Part shown: positions 18,851 to 24,000 of the stretch, piece by piece
How positions within the stretch are numbered: position 1 is the first letter of the stretch
Layout: each line of letters begins with the position of its first letter
From: Chlamydia trachomatis
GTDB taxonomy: Bacteria > Chlamydiota > Chlamydiia > Chlamydiales > Rhabdochlamydiaceae
DNA length: 24,000 nucleotides
Reading direction: 5' to 3'
Assembly (NCBI GenBank): GCA_945875745.1
Contig: CAMCLJ010000019.1
Coordinates: 4,305-28,304 of the forward strand
The notes under the pieces: generated by a model
What the model saw: the letters and a program-made list of their open reading frames with translations, nothing else
Databases searched by the model: none
Told to the model about the DNA's origin: nothing
Translations under genes and position numbers: made by a program

Positions 18851-20068
18851 TTATTTTTCTGATTTACCTACGCCACTCATTGAATCTAATAAAGTCCCGT
18901 TAAGACCCAATACAGATACGTCGCAACGATCTTTTGATAAATGAATAAAATTCATACAAGCCTGCTTCATCTTTTTCTCCAGATACCAGGCATTAAATGG
19001 AGCTCTGGCAGAAACTCCCCAGCAACCATCTCCGATATACACAACACCATTTGGATCGACTTTTTCATTTTTAATCGGGAAAGTCCTTTTATAGGCATGG
19101 TTATGATGTTCAAAAGCAAGCTGTACTCCACTTTCTTCAAACAGAGGGCTCCAATATTGCCTAATCTTTTGCGAGGTATCCTTGTTATACTTATATACAG
19201 AAGGATAGGCAGAGATGTGATAAGCTGCAAACTTATAAGGCACATCCCTTCTTTCTAATAACGCAGATTGAAGCCAATCGGTCTGCCTCCCTTCAATGGG
19301 GTAAGAGTGACCGGTATCTAAAAGAAATAACGACAAGTAGTTGCTTATGTCAAGGGTCCTATAGGGAATATTGTCTTGGGTAAAAGCAAAGAGATCATAA
19401 AATAAAATAGCGTTTGTCCGGGGATCTACTTGCTTTGGGGGAACGTCATGGTTGCCAACGACAGGAACTATTGGGATCAGTCGCCCATCCTTGCCTACCA
19501 TAGTCTTTGTCCATTCAGAAAAAAAAGTGACCCATCTTTTAAGCTCCCAGTTGTCCTTTTTAAATAAGACCCTTTTAGCTCCAATTGTATAAGCGATATC
19601 TCCGCCGACAACCACAAAATCAGGATCTTCTGCTGCAATCACCTGATTCATTTTTTGAAAGCTGGGCAAAGAGCGGAAAGCATCTCCACCAATGGCTATT
19701 TTTAAATCCTTTTCATGCAGATCTGATGGAAGGGTGCGAAAAAGATGAACTGCTAAAGGATTGCTACAATGGAACTCGTAGTACTGATTAGCCTTTAAAT
19801 TAGCCAAATCAAACCTATGAATCGAATGATCCCATTTTTCAATTCGAATAACCCGCCCCTGAACCTCCAACCAATCAGAGCTTCCCTTCAATCGATATAG
19901 AAGCTTAGATTCTGTTTGAGACAAAGGAGCATGCCACAGGACTGAAATCGAGGTAGAGGGATCCTGGGTATAGGTCAAATATACCACATCGTAATCATCC
20001 GGCAGCCTAAGAGAGACAAGAAAAAAACTAATAAAAAGAAAAAAGAATATTCTCCTAATGATGCTCAT
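18851..20068 (-). CDS. Exported metallophosphoesterase, purple acid phosphatase-like
   Basis: N-terminal signal/anchor, Fn3-like domain resembling the PAP N-terminal domain, then metallophosphatase blocks GGDAFRS, VVVGGDIAYT, PVVGNHDVP, AAYHISAYPS, FEHHNHAYKRT. Confidence 0.82.
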   Translation of the reverse strand: MSIIRRIFFFLFISFFLVSLRLPDDYDVVYLTYTQDPSTSISVLWHAPLSQTESKLLYRLKGSSDWLEVQGRVIRIEKWDHSIHRFDLANLKANQYYEFHCSNPLAVHLFRTLPSDLHEKDLKIAIGGDAFRSLPSFQKMNQVIAAEDPDFVVVGGDIAYTIGAKRVLFKKDNWELKRWVTFFSEWTKTMVGKDGRLIPIVPVVGNHDVPPKQVDPRTNAILFYDLFAFTQDNIPYRTLDISNYLSLFLLDTGHSYPIEGRQTDWLQSALLERRDVPYKFAAYHISAYPSVYKYNKDTSQKIRQYWSPLFEESGVQLAFEHHNHAYKRTFPIKNEKVDPNGVVYIGDGCWGVSARAPFNAWYLEKKMKQACMNFIHLSKDRCDVSVLGLNGTLLDSMSGVGKSEK

Positions 20069-20157
20069 AAACCACGCCTTAGATATTAGAAAAATTATAG
20101 GTTAACAAGAAAGCAAGACACAGAACCCATTCTGTATCTTGCTAAGAACAATCAGAC

Positions 20158-20550
20158 TTACTTCGAATCACCAGAATCAATGGTAGTCACTGATTCAGGA
20201 CCAGAGGCCTGAACATCAGTGATAGAAGCTTTTAGAACCTCTATTTTTGCTCCATCGACCATTTTAAGGATTACTGTTGTATCTTGGACTTTAGCAATAG
20301 TTCCAACAATACCCATAGCAGTAACCTTGTCTCCGGGCTTCATACTACTACGCTGCTGATCCATCATTTTTTTACGCTTCTGCTCAGGGCGCCATAAAAT
20401 AAAATAAAAAAACATGAGTGCTACACCAATCATAACCAGGGTCTGTGTAAAATTCCCCTGTGCTGGAGCAGCCTCTACTCCGTCTGCGAACACGGCAGTT
20501 GTTCCTAAAAAAGGAACCATACCAGCTAAAACAGCCATTGTTTTTTTCAT
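20158..20550 (-). CDS. yajC: Preprotein translocase subunit YajC
   Basis: One TM followed by FYFILWRPEQKRKKMMDQQRSSMKPGDKVTAMGIVGTIAKVQD, the YajC signature. ATG at 20550 has an AAGGA SD; the ORF track extends to 20571. Confidence 0.92.
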   Translation of the reverse strand: MKKTMAVLAGMVPFLGTTAVFADGVEAAPAQGNFTQTLVMIGVALMFFYFILWRPEQKRKKMMDQQRSSMKPGDKVTAMGIVGTIAKVQDTTVILKMVDGAKIEVLKASITDVQASGPESVTTIDSGDSK

Positions 20551-20636
20551 AAATCTGTCCTTATGTTTCAAAAAATAATACTTCTAATAGAACCGATACC
20601 ATGCCTTATCACATCAACGAAAAGCAATAGAAAAAG

Positions 20637-22070
20637 TTAAGGGACCACCCTCTTTAAAAGGCAGATATTTTCAAGATGAATTGTATGAGGAAATTGATCG
20701 ATAGCTTGCACTGCAGTCAGCCGGTAGCCGTGCTCAATAAAATACTGAATATTTATCGCTTGCGTCGATGGATTGCACGAGATGTACAAGATCTTGTCAG
20801 GGAGCAGATCAGCCACATGACTGAGCGCCTTATCATCCAAGCCAGCTCTTGGTGGGTCTAATACAACAAGGTCTGTCTGAAACCCTGGATCTTTTCTAAG
20901 CTCTGCTAACACCTCGGCAACATCCCCTCTTTTGACGGTGAGATTGGAGATATTATTCCATTCTTTGTTCACTTCTGCATCAAAAACTGCATGAGGATTA
21001 ATTTCAATTGAAGTGACTTGGCTGGCTTGCGAAGAAAACAAAATACCAAGAGTAGAGGTGCCTGCGTATAAATCTAGAACATGACTCAGGGGATCTTCTC
21101 CAACCATATCGAGGGCTTTACTATATAGCTTTTCAGCTTGAAGAGTATTCGGCTGAAAAAATGCAGTAGGGCTAATCTTAAAAGAAAAATCTTTTGCCTG
21201 TTTAGGCAAGTGAATCTGCTCTGTTAAGCAATCTGGTCCATGTAGATGCATTTCATAAAACTGGGTAGGAGATCCCTTAAGAATTTGCTGGACCCGCAAA
21301 AAAATACTATAGCGAGGGTGCTCTTCTATGGGCACTACCTCTAAAAGAACCTTTACTAAAGCATCCAGTTCTAATCTTTTGAGTGCGTAGTCAGGATGTC
21401 CTGATACGGTAAGCATAGCTAAACGATCTTGAGTATGCTCTGCCTTGCGTAGGGTTAAATTTCTTAAAGAGCCTGAATTGTCTCGCATATTGTAGGCTTT
21501 AAGGGCGCTGACCTCCCAAAATCCTCGTACCGCCTTAACCGTTTCTTGGAACCAGGGATGAGTTAAATGACATTCTGTTAAATTAAAGACCCTACCTCTA
21601 CCACCGGTCATAATGAGCCCTAAGAACTTTTCTCCCCCTTTATTTTGCGAAAAGGTGTACTCCATCTTATTTCTATAGGCCCAAGGATCTGTACATTCAA
21701 TAATAGGGAAGACCTCAGTACCTTGAGAAAGATATGGGGCAAACAGTTCTTGAATCAACCGAGCCTTATGCTCTAATTGACGCTGATAGCTCATCTGCTG
21801 CCAAACGCATCCACCACAAGAACTGGCGTGGAGGCAGCGGGTAGGGACCCGATCAATCGAAGGGTTTAGCACCTGAAGGGAAAAACCGTGAAACGTACCA
21901 CTATGTTTTCTACCGATTTCTACTTGAACCCGATCACCCGGAACTGTATGAGGCACTTCGATTTTATGCTTTGGTAAACCCTCTTGTTTACTTGCAAAGC
22001 CTACCCCGTAGCCCTTTGCAGCAAACTTTTCAATTAGAACATCAATTTTTGTGAATGGTGTCTTGCTCAT
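20637..22070 (-). CDS. 23S rRNA (uracil-5-)-methyltransferase, RumA/RlmD/YgcA family
   Basis: N-terminal TRAM-like segment, Fe-S cluster cysteines CLHASSCGGCVWQQ, VLDLYAGTSTLGILFSSQ, VLDPPRAGLD, YISCNPST. Preferred start MSKTPFTKIDVLIEKF; the ORF track starts at TTG 22109. Confidence 0.92.
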   Translation of the reverse strand: MSKTPFTKIDVLIEKFAAKGYGVGFASKQEGLPKHKIEVPHTVPGDRVQVEIGRKHSGTFHGFSLQVLNPSIDRVPTRCLHASSCGGCVWQQMSYQRQLEHKARLIQELFAPYLSQGTEVFPIIECTDPWAYRNKMEYTFSQNKGGEKFLGLIMTGGRGRVFNLTECHLTHPWFQETVKAVRGFWEVSALKAYNMRDNSGSLRNLTLRKAEHTQDRLAMLTVSGHPDYALKRLELDALVKVLLEVVPIEEHPRYSIFLRVQQILKGSPTQFYEMHLHGPDCLTEQIHLPKQAKDFSFKISPTAFFQPNTLQAEKLYSKALDMVGEDPLSHVLDLYAGTSTLGILFSSQASQVTSIEINPHAVFDAEVNKEWNNISNLTVKRGDVAEVLAELRKDPGFQTDLVVLDPPRAGLDDKALSHVADLLPDKILYISCNPSTQAINIQYFIEHGYRLTAVQAIDQFPHTIHLENICLLKRVVP

Positions 22071-22142
22071 AGCTTTAAAACTATAGAAGGTCCCTCTGAG
22101 AAAAAGCAAGGGATAAAATAGCTTGTAATAGAGAAGGTTTCT

Positions 22143-22388
22143 TTAGGACTTTTTTGAAATCTTTTTGACCTTAGTTTTTTTAATAGAAGCTTTTAAAGGA
22201 ACCCTCTCTTCTTTTTTTTGGAGTGCAAGCGATTCTTTTCTAAAGACCTTCGATGTCTTTTCAAAAAGAATCGAGTTAACCCGTACTCTTTGCAGGGCAG
22301 CTTTGTTTCCTAAAAAGCCTTTATCCAAATCCCTTGATAGATCGGCCAGCAGCTGCTTCATATTCTGCACTGTCTCTTTAAAAGCCAT
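22143..22388 (-). CDS. hctA: Histone H1-like DNA-binding protein Hc1 (short form, 81 aa)
   Basis: MAFKETVQNMKQLLADLSRDLDKGFLGNKAALQRVRVNSILFEKTSKVFRKESLA closely resembles the Chlamydia Hc1 N-terminal domain (MALKDTAKKM..L..I..DL.KA..GNKAAAQRVRTDSIKLEKVAKLYRKES), followed by a short Lys-rich tail (KKTKVKKISKKS). AAGGAG SD. Adjacent to yajC/ygcA as in Chlamydia. Confidence 0.9.
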   Translation of the reverse strand: MAFKETVQNMKQLLADLSRDLDKGFLGNKAALQRVRVNSILFEKTSKVFRKESLALQKKEERVPLKASIKKTKVKKISKKS

Positions 22389-22402
22389 ACCCTCTCCTTT
22401 TT

Positions 22403-23167
22403 TTAGGGGATCAAAGAAATACCTGGTTTAAAAATCCCAGTCCCCTCTTTTTTATTCCGTATAATATCTTTTACAGATCCTTCCAAAGGCTTCAGAATCT
22501 TTTTATCTCCCTCTAAATCAACACTTGCAGCTCCATATGCCATAATCACATACTTAGGGGAGTCTGATCCAATAAGCACCCTCCAAACCCGCCAGCAAGC
22601 GGAGGATCGACTAGAGGCAGCATCAGCTACAAGCTGTCGGATGGCGTCCTCAAAGACTGTTTCATAGCCAGGTGTAATCCCGTATACGGAGTAACTAATA
22701 AAAGGCTTTTTTTCGAAAACATCCTCTCGGATGGTCTGAGGGTACGAGCAGTCTTTTAAGTATAGGTGCAGGCTATTTACAGAAAAATTTAACAAGGAAA
22801 GCAGCGACTGACTCTCAGATTTTTGCTCTGATGGCAGGGCCTGATTGTACTGGTTTTTCTTATTAAAAAAATCAATCAGAGAGCAGCTATCCCGCAGAGG
22901 AATCATATACATGTATTGGGGCTCTTGTTGGACTTGCAAGCCGTATATAGTCCACAGATTTTGTTTATTACGCCACATACCACCTGCTGCCAATGTTTTA
23001 GCAAACCCCTCCATCCATCCTTCTTGTAAATTTTCATAAGCATCTTTCGCGCCAAACTTAATAAACTCTTCTTGAATAAGCCACAAGCTAGCCTCTTCTT
23101 TATCCCCACTATACCCTAAAGATGCAAACCCGATACAAATTGCTGTAATCGCAGAAAAAAAACGCAT
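22403..23167 (-). CDS. Exported hypothetical protein
   Basis: Signal peptide-like N-terminus (MRFFSAITAICIGFASLGYS) with AAGGGTGA SD upstream of the ATG at 23167. Ends 14 nt before the hctA start, so probably co-transcribed with it. Confidence 0.7.
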   Translation of the reverse strand: MRFFSAITAICIGFASLGYSGDKEEASLWLIQEEFIKFGAKDAYENLQEGWMEGFAKTLAAGGMWRNKQNLWTIYGLQVQQEPQYMYMIPLRDSCSLIDFFNKKNQYNQALPSEQKSESQSLLSLLNFSVNSLHLYLKDCSYPQTIREDVFEKKPFISYSVYGITPGYETVFEDAIRQLVADAASSRSSACWRVWRVLIGSDSPKYVIMAYGAASVDLEGDKKILKPLEGSVKDIIRNKKEGTGIFKPGISLIP

Positions 23168-23401
23168 AATTTCACCCTTAACTGTTCCTTTGTTCATAAA
23201 AGGTTGGGCTTTTTTTGCAAACAGATCTTATATAAAAAAAAATTGATATTTTCACTATCGACAAGGAAACCCTCTTTTTGATAAAATGGCAGGCGTTTTG
23301 TTGCTCTTGAGTTTGTCCAGCGTGCGGTTACCAGTATTTGGCTTCCGGTTGGAGAGTACCCTAAGACAACTGGCACCAATATTTACATGGAGTAATTGAA
23401 T

Positions 23402-23722
23402 ATGTCCCAAAACAAAAAACTGTACGTAGGGAGCCTTCCTTACAGCATCACCGAAGAACAACTAAAAGACGTTTTTGCCCCTTTCGGTGCAGTAGTATCT
23501 GTACGTATCGTAACAGATAAATTCACAGGCAAGTCCAAAGGTTTTGGCTTTGTTGAAATGGAAACTCAAGATGCTGCTCAAAAAGCTATTGATTCAGTTC
23601 ATGGTTCAGATGTAGGCGGTAGAACACTCGTTGTTAACATCGCTCATCCTGAACAAAAAAGAACTGGCGGTGGATTTCAGAACTCCGATCGTAAAAGAGG
23701 AAGCTGGCAAAAACAATACTAG
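23402..23722 (+). CDS. Single-RRM RNA-binding protein
   Basis: RNP2 KLYVGSLPYS and RNP1 KGFGFVEM, spacing typical of bacterial RRM proteins; basic/Gly-rich tail ending GGGFQNSDRKRGSWQKQY. ATG 23402 has a GGAG SD. Confidence 0.93.
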   Translation: MSQNKKLYVGSLPYSITEEQLKDVFAPFGAVVSVRIVTDKFTGKSKGFGFVEMETQDAAQKAIDSVHGSDVGGRTLVVNIAHPEQKRTGGGFQNSDRKRGSWQKQY

Positions 23723-23747
23723 ACTTTTATAAGCCTAGTATTTTTTT
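23715..23747 (+). terminator. Hairpin terminator whose stem contains the RRM stop codon
   Basis: AATACTAG / CTAGTATT 8-bp stem with 12-nt loop followed by a T run. The TAG stop of the RRM gene is in the 5' arm. Confidence 0.6.
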
Positions 23748-23758
23748 GGAGTCTTTTC

Positions 23759-23791
23759 AACCCACTAATTGAAAAATTAGTGGGTTTTTTT
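23759..23791 (+). terminator. Second rho-independent terminator
   Basis: AACCCACTAATT-GAAA-AATTAGTGGGTT (12-bp perfect stem, GAAA tetraloop) followed directly by TTTTT. Confidence 0.9.
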
Positions 23792-24000
23792 CTGTCCTAA
23801 ACCATCCTTAGCTTATCCAGGAATATATCTATTCTGAACGGATTAATAGCAAGCTGCTCCCGACCACCACCCTATACGATCATGTTGCTGCCTGACTTGT
23901 GTAGGCAATCTCTTTTTGTTCCCAATATAAAAATATACCCGTACATCGAAAAATCCTGAATAACCCCAGCTCTGTTTTACCGACTATCCTCGACCTATTT

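Noticed and set aside
23194-23379. 61-aa minus-strand ORF overlapping the start of the exported protein and the RRM leader
   Set aside because: Overlaps the better supported start region at 23167, has no SD or protein-like conservation signal, and contains the RRM gene's likely promoter/leader in antisense.
23880-24000. Minus-strand open frame reaching the window edge (NRSRIVGKTELGLFRIFRCTGIFLYWEQKEIAYTSQAAT*)
   Set aside because: Only 39 codons visible and no motif; an open stretch this short can occur by chance. The next sequence beyond the window is needed.
1-24000. CRISPR arrays and rRNA/tRNA genes
   Set aside because: No regularly spaced repeats and no GGTTCRANTCC-type T-arm with matching acceptor stems were seen in the intergenic regions. 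tRNAscan-SE and Rfam/Infernal would be needed to rule this out fully.

Overview
The window is a compact, gene-dense chromosomal segment of a Chlamydiae-lineage bacterium. The lineage call rests mainly on an 81-aa Hc1/HctA-like histone H1-type protein next to a RumA/YgcA-type rRNA methyltransferase and yajC, and on an alaS-mfd / amn / efp set that, from memory, resembles the Chlamydia neighbourhoods. Well-supported genes are: an outer-membrane beta-barrel candidate, dsbB, alaS, mfd, amn, a TyrP-like aromatic amino acid permease, a signal-peptide-bearing class I SAM methyltransferase followed by a decayed tandem paralogue, efp-epmA (overlapping), glutamine-dependent nadE, htpG, a secreted purple-acid-phosphatase-like metallophosphoesterase, yajC, an rlmD/ygcA-type methyltransferase, hctA, an exported hypothetical protein, and an RRM RNA-binding protein. 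I saw no CRISPR array, intact transposon, tRNA/rRNA gene or complete defence system. The most interesting parts are the methyltransferase duplication (11.35-13.3 kb), whose upstream 109-bp non-coding block contains a 49-bp core better conserved than the proteins, and an unlisted 57-aa membrane/CxxC small ORF at 9575-9748 with a strong ribosome-binding site. All identifications are from reading the sequence, without database searches.
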